A stretch of DNA of 64,000 nucleotides, taken from NCBI GenBank assembly GCA_024636475.1, contig JAGXHA010000055.1:81818-145817 (forward strand), given 5' to 3'. A program made the translations under genes and the position numbers. This document shows positions 46,016 through 55,074 of the stretch, piece by piece; position 1 is the first letter of the stretch; the number at the start of each line of letters is the position of its first letter. The notes below the pieces were generated by a model. That model did no database searches, was not told where the DNA came from, and was given only the letters and a program-made list of their open reading frames with translations. This stretch comes from Roseobacter sp. (lineage in GTDB: Bacteria; Pseudomonadota; Alphaproteobacteria; Rhodobacterales; Rhodobacteraceae).

Positions 46016-47304
46016 ACGATGACCTTTTGCGCCGACTGCTCGCCAACACCGAACACACGCTTGTAACGTTCGATCTCGCTTTTTGGACCCATCGCTTTGT
46101 TTGGATTATCCGAAAGCTTGACCGTGGGCCTGCCATTCGCCTTGACGGCTTTGCAGACAAGGCTGAACGGCGCAAGCGCATCGTCGGGAACAAGGCCGCG
46201 AAAGTCGTTTGTCAGCAATGTACCCCATCCGAAAGATACGGTTGCTTTTCCGGAAAACTGACCATGCAGTTCCTTGATTTTGGCAACGTCCAAACCGTCA
46301 CTAAAAATGATCCGCTTCTTGCTTGGGTCTTCCCCGCGCGCCTTCCACCAATCAATGGCGTTCTGTGCGGCCGTTGCCGGGTCGCCGCTGTCAATACGGA
46401 TACCCGTCCAGCCAGCCAGCCAATCCGGCGCGTTATCAAGGAACCCTTTGGTGCCGTATGTGTCAGGTAAGATTATACGAAGATTACCTTCGTGTTCTTC
46501 GTGCCAGTCCTGCAAGACGTCATAAGGCGCATTTGACAGGGTTGCGTCATCCTTGGCCAAAGCAGCATAGACCATCGGCAATTCATGGGCATTGGTGCCA
46601 ATCGCTTCAACCTCGCGGTCCATCGCAATTTTACAATTCGACGTGCCGGTAAATGCGCGCCCTAGTCCTTCCTGCATCGCTTGGACGCACCAGTCCTGCC
46701 ACAAGAAGGAATGCCGGCGCCGCGTGCCGAAATCTGCGATCGATAAATCTGGTATCTCGCGCAGCGCCTCGATTTTTTCCCATACACGGGTCATGCCACG
46801 GGCATATAGAATCTGCAGTTCAAACTTGCCCATGCGGTCCAGTACGCGACGCCCACGCAGTTCCATCAAGACAGCCAGTGCAGGAATTTCCCAAAGCATC
46901 ACTTCGGGCCACGTCCCCTCGAATGTCAGCTCGTATTGGTCGCCTTTGCGTTCCAGATGGTATGGTGGCAGGCGCAAGCCTTCGAACCACTCCATGAAAT
47001 CTGGACGGAACATCTGGCGCTTGCCGTAAAATGTGTTGCCACGCAGCCAAGTGCTTTCCCCACGGCTAAGCGAAAGAGAACGGATATGGTCCAGTTGTTC
47101 CCGCAGCTCACCCTCGTCAATCAAATCTGCCAAGGGAATGTGTTTTGAGCGGTTGATCAAACTGAAAGTGACTTGGGTTTCCGGCTTATTGCGAAAAACC
47201 GATTGGCACATCAATAGCTTATAGAAGTCCGTATCAATCAGGGATCGCACAATGGGGTCTATCTTCCACTTGTGATTCCAGACGCGGGTTGCGATATCGA
47301 CCAT
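46012..47304 (-). CDS. pncB: Nicotinate phosphoribosyltransferase
   Basis: SLIDTDFYKLLM, ADFGTRRRHS, GTNAHE, RIDSG and VKLSDNPNKAMG motifs. Confidence 0.96.
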   Translation of the reverse strand: MVDIATRVWNHKWKIDPIVRSLIDTDFYKLLMCQSVFRNKPETQVTFSLINRSKHIPLADLIDEGELREQLDHIRSLSLSRGESTWLRGNTFYGKRQMFRPDFMEWFEGLRLPPYHLERKGDQYELTFEGTWPEVMLWEIPALAVLMELRGRRVLDRMGKFELQILYARGMTRVWEKIEALREIPDLSIADFGTRRRHSFLWQDWCVQAMQEGLGRAFTGTSNCKIAMDREVEAIGTNAHELPMVYAALAKDDATLSNAPYDVLQDWHEEHEGNLRIILPDTYGTKGFLDNAPDWLAGWTGIRIDSGDPATAAQNAIDWWKARGEDPSKKRIIFSDGLDVAKIKELHGQFSGKATVSFGWGTLLTNDFRGLVPDDALAPFSLVCKAVKANGRPTVKLSDNPNKAMGPKSEIERYKRVFGVGEQSAQKVIV

Positions 47305-47375
47305 ACGGGACGCTCCGATTTTAATTCTACGCGCTTAAAGCAAAGCCTTCGCCCGCTGGCAAGCAGCAGCGCCGC

Positions 47376-47972
47376 CTAGGCCATAATGACGCCGGCATTT
47401 TTCATCGCAATGATTGCGGCATCCAGGGATCCGTTCAGGTCAATTGCGCGGCAAAGATCGCGTATCACCTTGACCTCGAAACCAAGTTTTGCAGCATCGA
47501 CAGCCGAATAATTGACGCAAAAATCAAGCGCCAACCCCACGAGCGTAACTTCAGTGATGCCGCGGGTTCGCAAATACCCTTCAAGGCCTGTTGGCGTCCT
47601 GTGATCATTCTCGAAGAACGCCGAATAGCTGTCGATGGCCGGGTTAAAGCCTTTGCGGATGATCAGGTCGGCCCGCGATTGGTTGAGTTCGGCATGAAAC
47701 TCTGAACCTGCGGTCCCTTGAATGCAGTGATCCGGCCATAAGACCTGGGGGCCATAAGGCATCTCCATCACACTGTACGCAGTTCTGTCCTCATGCGATG
47801 ACGCGAAAGACGAATGCCCCGCTGGATGCCAGTCTTGCGTCAAAATAACGGGAACGTCGTCATTCATGAGATTATTGATCCCGGAAATGATTCTATCGCC
47901 TTGTGGCACGGCCAATGCGCCGTCCGGACAAAAATCATTTTGAACATCGATCACAATCAGGGCTCTGGTCAT
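47376..47972 (-). CDS. pncA: Nicotinamidase/pyrazinamidase
   Basis: IDVQNDF, QDWHP, WPDHC, KG...DSYSAF and GLALDFCV motifs. Confidence 0.96.
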   Translation of the reverse strand: MTRALIVIDVQNDFCPDGALAVPQGDRIISGINNLMNDDVPVILTQDWHPAGHSSFASSHEDRTAYSVMEMPYGPQVLWPDHCIQGTAGSEFHAELNQSRADLIIRKGFNPAIDSYSAFFENDHRTPTGLEGYLRTRGITEVTLVGLALDFCVNYSAVDAAKLGFEVKVIRDLCRAIDLNGSLDAAIIAMKNAGVIMA

Positions 47973-48077
47973 TGTGGTTTCTCCTTAACTCACGTTGGAA
48001 TACCACATTCAAAGACGGGGGTCAGGATCAAAACCTCCCTCTTGCCTGACACGCGTCAGAAGCGTATTTGACCGCCC

Positions 48078-48977
48078 ATGTATATAATTGCCGCCCTTTA
48101 TCATTTCAGCCGCTTCCACGACCCTGACAGCCTGCGTTCGCCGTTAAAATTGCTGTGCGAGGCGCAGCAGGTCAAAGGCACGCTGCTTGTCGCAGGCGAA
48201 GGCATCAATGGCACGATTGCCGGCCCTCGCGCAGGCATCGATACTGTGCTGGCCCATATTCGCGGTTTGCCAGGCTGCGGCAATCTTGAATGGAAAGAAA
48301 GCCGCGCTGTCACGCCGCCTTTCGGTAAAATGAAAGTCCGACTGAAGCGTGAAATAGTCACAATGGGCCAGCCTGACGTGGATCCTCGGGAACGTGTAGG
48401 CCAATATGTCGACGCGTCTGACTGGAACGATCTGATCACACGCGACGATGTGGCGGTGATAGATACCCGAAATGATTACGAAATATCGATCGGCACTTTT
48501 TCTGGTGCCATCGACCCCCAGACCAAAAGCTTTGGTGAGTTTCCCGCTTGGTGGGAAAAAAACAAGCATCGTTTCCATAATAAGAAGATCGCGATGTTTT
48601 GCACCGGTGGCATTCGGTGCGAGAAATCAACGAATTACCTTGCTGGGCAGGGCGTGGAAGACGTGTTTCACCTTAAAGGCGGGATACTAAAGTATCTTGA
48701 GGAAGTGCCACAGGAAAACAGCACGTGGCAGGGCGATTGCTTTGTCTTTGATAATCGCGTCAGTGTCGGTCATGGGCTTAAAGAAGGCCCACATATGCTG
48801 TGTCATGGATGTCGAAAGCCGATTTTGCCGGACGATACAAAGCGCGACGAATATGAGGCCGGGGTAAGCTGTCACCATTGCGTCGAAGTCACATCAGAAG
48901 CCGATAAAGCCCGGTTTCGCGAACGTCAGCACCAAATTCTGCTTGCGCGCACACGCGGTGAGGACCACCTGAGCTAG
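48078..48977 (+). CDS. trhO: tRNA U34 hydroxylase TrhO (rhodanese-domain, UPF0176)
   Basis: GTLLVAGEGINGTIAG, IDTRNDYE..IGTF, MFCTGGIRCEKS, YHL-type HLKGGILKYLE and CFVFDNRV motifs. Confidence 0.9.
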   Translation: MYIIAALYHFSRFHDPDSLRSPLKLLCEAQQVKGTLLVAGEGINGTIAGPRAGIDTVLAHIRGLPGCGNLEWKESRAVTPPFGKMKVRLKREIVTMGQPDVDPRERVGQYVDASDWNDLITRDDVAVIDTRNDYEISIGTFSGAIDPQTKSFGEFPAWWEKNKHRFHNKKIAMFCTGGIRCEKSTNYLAGQGVEDVFHLKGGILKYLEEVPQENSTWQGDCFVFDNRVSVGHGLKEGPHMLCHGCRKPILPDDTKRDEYEAGVSCHHCVEVTSEADKARFRERQHQILLARTRGEDHLS

Positions 48978-49013
48978 TCGCTGGGCCACCCGGAATATTG
49001 AAAATTGAAGATG

Positions 49014-49028
49014 TTAATCCGCCTTTAA
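49014..49028 (+). promoter_or_regulatory. Perfect CtrA box upstream of motB
   Basis: TTAA-TCCGCCT-TTAA(C). Confidence 0.75.
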
Positions 49029-49074
49029 CATCTGATCCGCTACACCTGTTCCTGGGTGAATAGAGGTGGTGAGA

Positions 49075-49896
49075 ATGGCGGCGCAGGCTAATGCGGCACC
49101 AGTCATCATTAAACGTAAAAAAGTAATCAAAGGCGGCGGGCATCATGGGGGTGCCTGGAAGGTCGCCTATGCGGATTTTGTGACCGCGATGATGGCCTTT
49201 TTTATGTTGATGTGGCTGCTGAACGCGACGACAGAACAACAACGTAAGGGGATTGCCGACTATTTTACCCCCACGATTCCGATCAACCGAATTTCGGGGG
49301 GCGGTGACGGTGCCTTTTCGGGCGAAAGCATTTTTACAGAAATGACGCTGGCAAAAAACGGTACAGGTGGCGCGATACCGGTCGAAAGCCAGAACATCGC
49401 AAGTGGTACCAGCGGGACTGACGCGGAAGGGCAAAATGAGCTCTTCAAAGTGGTCGATGCCGAATTGATGGGCCGGGGTGGTGAATCCATGGTGATGGAC
49501 GAATTGAAGCGCCACGTGATCACAAGAGTCACCGACGAAGGCATGGTCATCGAATTATTTGACGTGGTTGGTTATCCCTTGTTCATTCCAGGAACTGACA
49601 GCGCCAACCCCATACTTGAAAGGCTTTTGTATGTGATTGCCGACGCAACAAAGGTCGTCGTCAATAAAATAGCAGTGTCCGGCCACGTCCGCTCAAATCC
49701 GATTGTTGCGATTGAAAATCCTGTTTGGGGCCTTTCGGCCCAACGGGCGACGCAAGGCCGGTTGATCCTTGAAAAGGCTCTGGAGGATCCTGAAAGAATA
49801 CAAAAGGTTACCGGCTACGCCGATAGACAACCCGAAGCCAAAGATAAGATGGATATCCGCAATAACCGGCTGGAGATCATCTTGTTGAGAGAATAA
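49075..49896 (+). CDS. motB: Flagellar motor protein MotB
   Basis: GGAWKVAYADFVTAMMAFFMLMWL with the conserved Asp; OmpA-like C-terminus (GH...N, LSAQRA, GYAD, NNRLEI). Confidence 0.93.
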   Translation: MAAQANAAPVIIKRKKVIKGGGHHGGAWKVAYADFVTAMMAFFMLMWLLNATTEQQRKGIADYFTPTIPINRISGGGDGAFSGESIFTEMTLAKNGTGGAIPVESQNIASGTSGTDAEGQNELFKVVDAELMGRGGESMVMDELKRHVITRVTDEGMVIELFDVVGYPLFIPGTDSANPILERLLYVIADATKVVVNKIAVSGHVRSNPIVAIENPVWGLSAQRATQGRLILEKALEDPERIQKVTGYADRQPEAKDKMDIRNNRLEIILLRE

Positions 49897-49925
49897 TCGC
49901 AAACAACTAGCACGCATTTTATCTG

Positions 49926-49940
49926 TTAGTCCGGTGTTAA
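49926..49940 (+). promoter_or_regulatory. Near-consensus CtrA box upstream of flgE
   Basis: TTAG-TCCGGTG-TTAA. Confidence 0.55.
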
Positions 49941-49997
49941 GCCTGATCAGCCTATCTGTTGCACCAACTTCGATTGGAACAGCAGAAAGGCTAACGC

Positions 49998-51350
49998 ATG
50001 ACCATTTCATCTTCGCTCAACGCAGGGGTTGCGGGTCTACAGGCCAATGCAATGCGTTTGGCCGGCATTTCAGACAACATCGCAAATTCGTCCACGTATG
50101 GATATAAACGGGTCGTCACAGACTTTAATTCAATGGTCTTGAAAGGAGAGACAAACAGCAGGTACACCGCCGGCGGTGTGCGGACTACTTCCCAGCGTCT
50201 AATCAGTGAAAGTGGGGCACTGATCAGCACCGCAAATTCAACAGATCTGGCTGTTCGCGGTCGTGGTTTCTTGCCTGTCACAACAAAAAGCGCCTTCGAG
50301 GCCGATCAAACAAACACGGAAATGATGCTTTCAACCACCGGATCTTTTCGGGTGGATGCGGAAGGGCTGCTAACATCCGACAGCGGTCTGCTGCTTTTAG
50401 GATGGCCCGCCAATCAAGACGGTACCATTCCCAACTTCCCAAGAGACACAAACGATGGCCTGCGTCCCGTTCAATTCGCGCTGAACCTGACCGGTGACCC
50501 GACCACCAAGATAGATATGAGCCTAAATCTCCCGGCAACGGCCACAGCTGCGGGTTCGGACGCGGATTCACAGGTTCTTTCGATCGAATATTTCGACAAT
50601 CTTGGCACCTCAAAAAGTATTGCCATGAAATTTACGCCCACTGTGCCATCAGCGGGTATGTCCAATGAATGGACCGTCATCCTCATGGACTCAGCACAAG
50701 ATGAAGCTGTCATCGGTGAATATGTGATCACTTTCGATGACAGCCGTGCCGCTGGTGGAACAATCGCATCCGTCACAACCGTGACCGGCGGTGCCTATGA
50801 TCCTGTAAGTGGGGAAATGATCGTCAATGTCGAAAGTGGACCGATCGAGTTCAACATCGGGGCGGTCAACAGTTCTTTCGGACTCTCTCAACTCTCGGAC
50901 AGCTTTGCACCGATTGCACTGAGCAAGGACGGCTCGCCAGTTGGCAATATGGCCGGGGTGGAAATCGATCCGAATGGCTACGTCAACGCAATTTACGACA
51001 ACGGCCTTCGCAAAACAATATATCAGATCCCATTGGTCGACCTGCCCAATGCCGAAGGCCTGATTTCCGTCGATTCCCAAACATATCAGATATCCCCGAA
51101 AAGCGGGGCTTACTTTCTTTGGGATTCTGGTGATGGACCCACGGGCGACATCAAAGGCTATGCGCGAGAAGAATCGACAACAGATGTTGCAACTGAATTG
51201 ACAACAATGATCCGGACACAACGTGCATATTCATCGAATGCAAAAGTCATTCAGACCGTCGAATTGTCTTTGGCAGAGTTGATATCTTTGCCGGTCGAAA
51301 TGGCGCTTTGGGTCGCAGAAAGATCCTTGTTGATAGAACGAAGTGTCTGA
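49998..51350 (+). CDS. flgE: Flagellar hook protein FlgE with a truncated, chimeric C-terminus
   Basis: SSLNAGVAGL...ISDNIANSSTYGYK and DLAVRGRGF motifs. The C-terminal MIRTQRAYSSNAKVIQTV is followed by 29 non-FlgE residues derived from antisense flagellin DNA. Confidence 0.92.
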   Translation: MTISSSLNAGVAGLQANAMRLAGISDNIANSSTYGYKRVVTDFNSMVLKGETNSRYTAGGVRTTSQRLISESGALISTANSTDLAVRGRGFLPVTTKSAFEADQTNTEMMLSTTGSFRVDAEGLLTSDSGLLLLGWPANQDGTIPNFPRDTNDGLRPVQFALNLTGDPTTKIDMSLNLPATATAAGSDADSQVLSIEYFDNLGTSKSIAMKFTPTVPSAGMSNEWTVILMDSAQDEAVIGEYVITFDDSRAAGGTIASVTTVTGGAYDPVSGEMIVNVESGPIEFNIGAVNSSFGLSQLSDSFAPIALSKDGSPVGNMAGVEIDPNGYVNAIYDNGLRKTIYQIPLVDLPNAEGLISVDSQTYQISPKSGAYFLWDSGDGPTGDIKGYAREESTTDVATELTTMIRTQRAYSSNAKVIQTVELSLAELISLPVEMALWVAERSLLIERSV

Positions 51351-51391
51351 AGCGCAACCATTGCGCTGTTGTTTGTGTTGATGCTCGACAT
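51251..51391 (-). pseudogene. fliC: Flagellin 5' stub (46 codons)
   Basis: Hand translation: MSSINTNNSAMVALQTLRSINKDLSATQSAISTGKDINSAKDNSTV*, a clear flagellin N-terminus, preceded by an AAAGGA SD. Confidence 0.93.
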
Positions 51392-51546
51392 GAACATGTT
51401 CCTTTAGTCATTGACGCTTTGCGTCCGTTTGCGACCCTACCCCGTTGGGCTGGGCCATAATGCCGTTCTGACCTGTGCACACATTCAATGTGTCTGATGG
51501 TGCGCCACCCGACCTCGGATGCAGCGCCACCATGCAAGTTTTCCGC

Positions 51547-51561
51547 TTAACAGCCTCCTAA
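51547..51561 (-). promoter_or_regulatory. Near-consensus CtrA box upstream of the flagellin leader
   Basis: Minus strand TTAG-GAGGCTG-TTAA, about 155 nt upstream of the flagellin ATG. Confidence 0.5.
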
Positions 51562-51598
51562 TTCGAGCATCTACAATATCGGGTATTTGATTCAAAAA

Positions 51599-51955
51599 TC
51601 AGGCACGTCTTTCAACTGAAGTTTCCGGGTTGATATCGATCACACATTTCGCACCATTCTTGTCATAAGTTTCGAGTGACGCCTGAACCCGCCGAAATGC
51701 AGCCATTCTTCGGGCGACTTTCCGGATTCCTTCAAGTGCATTGTTCAACAGCTCCTGGTTCCGCCTTACCTTGCTATCCAACAGTTCCAGCGCAGCAACG
51801 TCAGTCATTTCAGCGTTATTAAGCGCATCGATCAAACCCTCCTTACGACCGGCCATATTTGAAAGAACGTCCAAATCTCCCTTCAGTAATGCCGCACGCT
51901 CTGCCTCGAGAACATCATCGAGTGACCCTATCAGGGCTTCAATTTCATCACTCAT
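51599..51955 (-). CDS. flgN: Flagellar export chaperone, FlgN-like
   Basis: All-helical 118 aa protein (LDDVLEAERAALLKGDL, VRRNQELL, LETYDKNG) in the fla1 position between flgJ and flagellin. Confidence 0.7.
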   Translation of the reverse strand: MSDEIEALIGSLDDVLEAERAALLKGDLDVLSNMAGRKEGLIDALNNAEMTDVAALELLDSKVRRNQELLNNALEGIRKVARRMAAFRRVQASLETYDKNGAKCVIDINPETSVERRA

Positions 51956-52223
51956 TTTCTTTCTCCTTCAAGGCATCAAAAAGCGTTTCGGTCAGACCGA
52001 AACCGCCAGCCTTAACCATCTGCATGGCCTGCTCTTGTAGCAGAAATGACCCAAACTGATCCTCACCAGCACCCCCACCAAAGCTCTCGCGCGATGTACC
52101 AAAGCCTGCCGATTTCAGCATCTCCGCCAGAAAAGTGGCCTCCAGTTTCTGGGCGGCTTCCAAAAGCGGTCGATCGGTCAGCATCTTCGTGTAACCACCG
52201 CTGGAAACGTCAATGATATCCAT
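51948..52223 (-). CDS. flgJ: Rod-binding protein, short FlgJ
   Basis: AAQKLEATFLAEMLKSAG...FGGGAGEDQFGSFL...A...GGFGL, the Rod-binding domain pattern. Confidence 0.82.
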   Translation of the reverse strand: MDIIDVSSGGYTKMLTDRPLLEAAQKLEATFLAEMLKSAGFGTSRESFGGGAGEDQFGSFLLQEQAMQMVKAGGFGLTETLFDALKEKENE

Positions 52224-52339
52224 AGGACTATCCTTTAAATTGCATCTACTTTTGCGATCATGGCCTCAAAGCAGTAAACAACCGGTAACCATCTGCCTGC
52301 ATATTCATCCGCTAAAGGAATGCCTTTCGGAGGATCCAA

Positions 52340-54396
52340 ATGCAGTTGCCTCAAGCGTTTAAATTAACAAGCTCGGATGACGTTAAGATGAATGCGCATC
52401 CTTTCAAAGAAGGGCGCAGTAGCGCAATTCCAACACTGAAAGACGGGGCAAAGCACGTCCATTTTTCTGCCGTTTTTGCAGATCTGAAAGCCGTAGATTC
52501 CAAAGTTGAACTGACATCAAAGGGAAAGAGCACGGCAGAGCACACAGAAGGCGAAAACTTGGGTCAGGCACAAGAATCGGCACAGAACAGGTCGGTGGAA
52601 GAAGTTAATGTGGAATTTTCTGATCTGAGTGAAGCTGAGTTGCCGGAAAGGGTAACGACAAAAAGGGGCAAAACTGGACATATCGAATTTTCACAGGATG
52701 AGCGGCCGAGTGCCCCTGCTGGCATTGCTTCTGAAAAGACCAAACAACCCAGCCCTAGGCGCACTGAAACCTCGCTTGAAAGTATGATTTTACCCAGACT
52801 TCAGCCCGCGCTACTGTCGGAATTACACCAAGCCCCGGGGCACTACCTAGCCAGACGATTGATTTGGTCAAAAAAGTAGAACCGCAAGTCCTGCAGAAGG
52901 AAACAGAAAGTCAATTTTTACATATGGATAGAACGACTTCCGACCGATCCAATCGGGCGTCAACCATCTTGGGCGATGACATAAAAATTAGCGGCAAGAC
53001 CGTTATCAGAGCAGGTTACAGATCAAACGTTACCGTTGCTTCGGCATTGGTCTATCAAACCACAACGCCCGAACAGCAAATCGAACCGAAACACCTAGAA
53101 GAGCCGGCCAAACCAGCAACACAGCAGTCGCTATTAGGAGATGCGCCCTTATCCTCGGATGGTGCCGCACCAAGAACCCCTCAATCTCCTGCTTCAAACA
53201 GTCATGAAGCCGATTCCGGTCAGCATATTGCTGCGAATAAAGAGACCAGGGCAGCACCAAATTCTGTGAGGCAATCGCCACAAGAACATCCCGTTCCAGA
53301 ATCACCTGCCGTCGCTGATCACTCTTTGGCTTCGGCACGCAATTTTATGAATACATCACTCGAAAGCGCGTCTGTCGTGCGGCTCAAGCTTGGACATTCA
53401 AAATCCCAACTCCACACAGCCCTGCCCGAGCCAGAGCCAACACTTTCAAGAAGTGCACCCACATCCCAAAGTTCGGTGGCCCGTATAGATCCGGAAACTT
53501 CAGTCAAAAATTCTGCTGAACCCTCGTCAACACCTCACGAGACACCAAAGAACACTCGCAATCCTGACACCCAACGAAGGACATCTGGAAATACCGTCAA
53601 CCCGCAGGTGATTTCCGTACCTACCCAACCTCAAATGGATCAAGCATCAGCCTTTGTTTCAAAGCGAACAGCCGTGACGGCCCAACCGCGGGTTCTTCCG
53701 GGTGATCAAACAGATCAAGAACACATCGACACGCCCGAGAATCAAAAACACACGATAGAACTCGCGCCTACTTCGCAATCGAACCCCAATAAAGTGGCTC
53801 CAAAAATCGGAAAAGTGGTCGCTGTTTCCTCGGGGCAGGCAGGTATGGTGATGCAGCCAAATAAAGCGGCGGCAGGGGGCGCATTAGAAACCGCTTTACT
53901 CGAGTCCAAAGCCTTTGACGACATGACCCCCGGCCAACTATCCGATCAGCACCGCATTGCGAATATTGCCGTCACCCCGGTCATCACAAAAGCCGACTTA
54001 CCTTCACATATTCCAAGACAACTGGCTGAGGTACTAAATACCAGTAGCGGCAAATCGGTCGAAGTTGCCCTTCGCCCTGAGGAGCTTGGGCGCGTCAAGA
54101 TGTCGATCACACAGGCTGAAAACGGTGTGATAGTGAACATCTTGGCCGAACGCCCCGATACGCTGGACCTGTTGCGGCGACATATTGATCAACTCAATCA
54201 CGAATTAAAACTGCTTGGTTACCAAAGCCCTCAGTTTTCATTCCAAAACGAAGGCGAAAGCCCTTCGCCAGACCAGAACGACACGCCGCACGAACGGGCC
54301 TCGCTCAGCAATGACGCTGCCACTTCACCAGCGCTGCCGTCAACCGAGGAGCGCCGTAGTGTGCAGCCTCAGTCTGGCCTTGATATCCGGATATAA
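52340..54396 (+). pseudogene. fliK: Flagellar hook-length control protein FliK, split into two overlapping frames (52340-52879 and 52864-54396)
   Basis: Low-complexity S/T/P/Q-rich body and C-terminal Flg_hook domain (VEVALRPEELGRVKMSI...LLRRHIDQL...QFSF), upstream of flgD. The frame changes between about 52780 and 52876. Confidence 0.72.
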
Positions 54397-54408
54397 GGAA
54401 TTTTTCCA

Positions 54409-55074
54409 ATGACCCTGACAGCAACATCACTCACCACAGCGACAGTCCAGACAGCGCCGGAAGTAAGCAAATCCAAAAGCGTGATCTCGTCTGATTTTGA
54501 AACTTTCTTGAAGATGTTAACAACACAGGCGCGCTATCAGGATCCGCTTGAGCCCATCGATTCATCTCAGTACTCCGCCCAACTGGCGCAGTTTTCGATG
54601 GTAGAACAACAAGTTCTTTCGAATGACCTGCTTAAAGCCCTTTCAACCCAGCTTGGCGGCAGCAGCATCGGCCAGGTCGCAGGGTGGATCGGTATGGAGG
54701 CCCGGTCGACCGCTCCAGTTCAGTTTGAAGGGGCACCGATTACAATTGCGCCAGTCCTTGCGCCATCCGCTGAAAAAGCGGAGCTTGTGATTTATGATGC
54801 TCAGGGCAAAGAAGTTCAGCGCAGCGCGATCTCTGTTTCAGAAGAACCCATCCAATGGGCAGGCGTTTCGCAAAATGGCAGTCCCTTCGCCAATGGCACC
54901 TATAGCTTCGCCGTAGAAAGCTATCGAGGCGGTGAAGTCTTCGCAACCAATCCAGCAGAAAGCTATTCCCGCATCATCGAAGCTAGAATTGAAGGCGGGG
55001 CGACACGGTTGATCCTTGCCAGCGGCACAAAAGTTGCAACAAGCGATATCACAGCCTTGCGGACAGTAGATTAA
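54409..55074 (+). CDS. flgD: Flagellar hook capping protein FlgD
   Basis: DFETFLKMLTTQARYQDPLEPIDSSQYSAQLAQFSMVEQ. Confidence 0.95.
   Translation: MTLTATSLTTATVQTAPEVSKSKSVISSDFETFLKMLTTQARYQDPLEPIDSSQYSAQLAQFSMVEQQVLSNDLLKALSTQLGGSSIGQVAGWIGMEARSTAPVQFEGAPITIAPVLAPSAEKAELVIYDAQGKEVQRSAISVSEEPIQWAGVSQNGSPFANGTYSFAVESYRGGEVFATNPAESYSRIIEARIEGGATRLILASGTKVATSDITALRTVD

Noticed and set aside
47973-48077. NrtR/NadQ operator between pncA and trhO
   Set aside because: Only a short CTGAC-ACGC-GTCAG hairpin, with no match to known NAD-regulator boxes.
52340-54396. Lower-GC, low-complexity region as a horizontally acquired island
   Set aside because: Explained by the fast-evolving FliK body; flanked by native fla1 genes, with no integrase or direct repeats.
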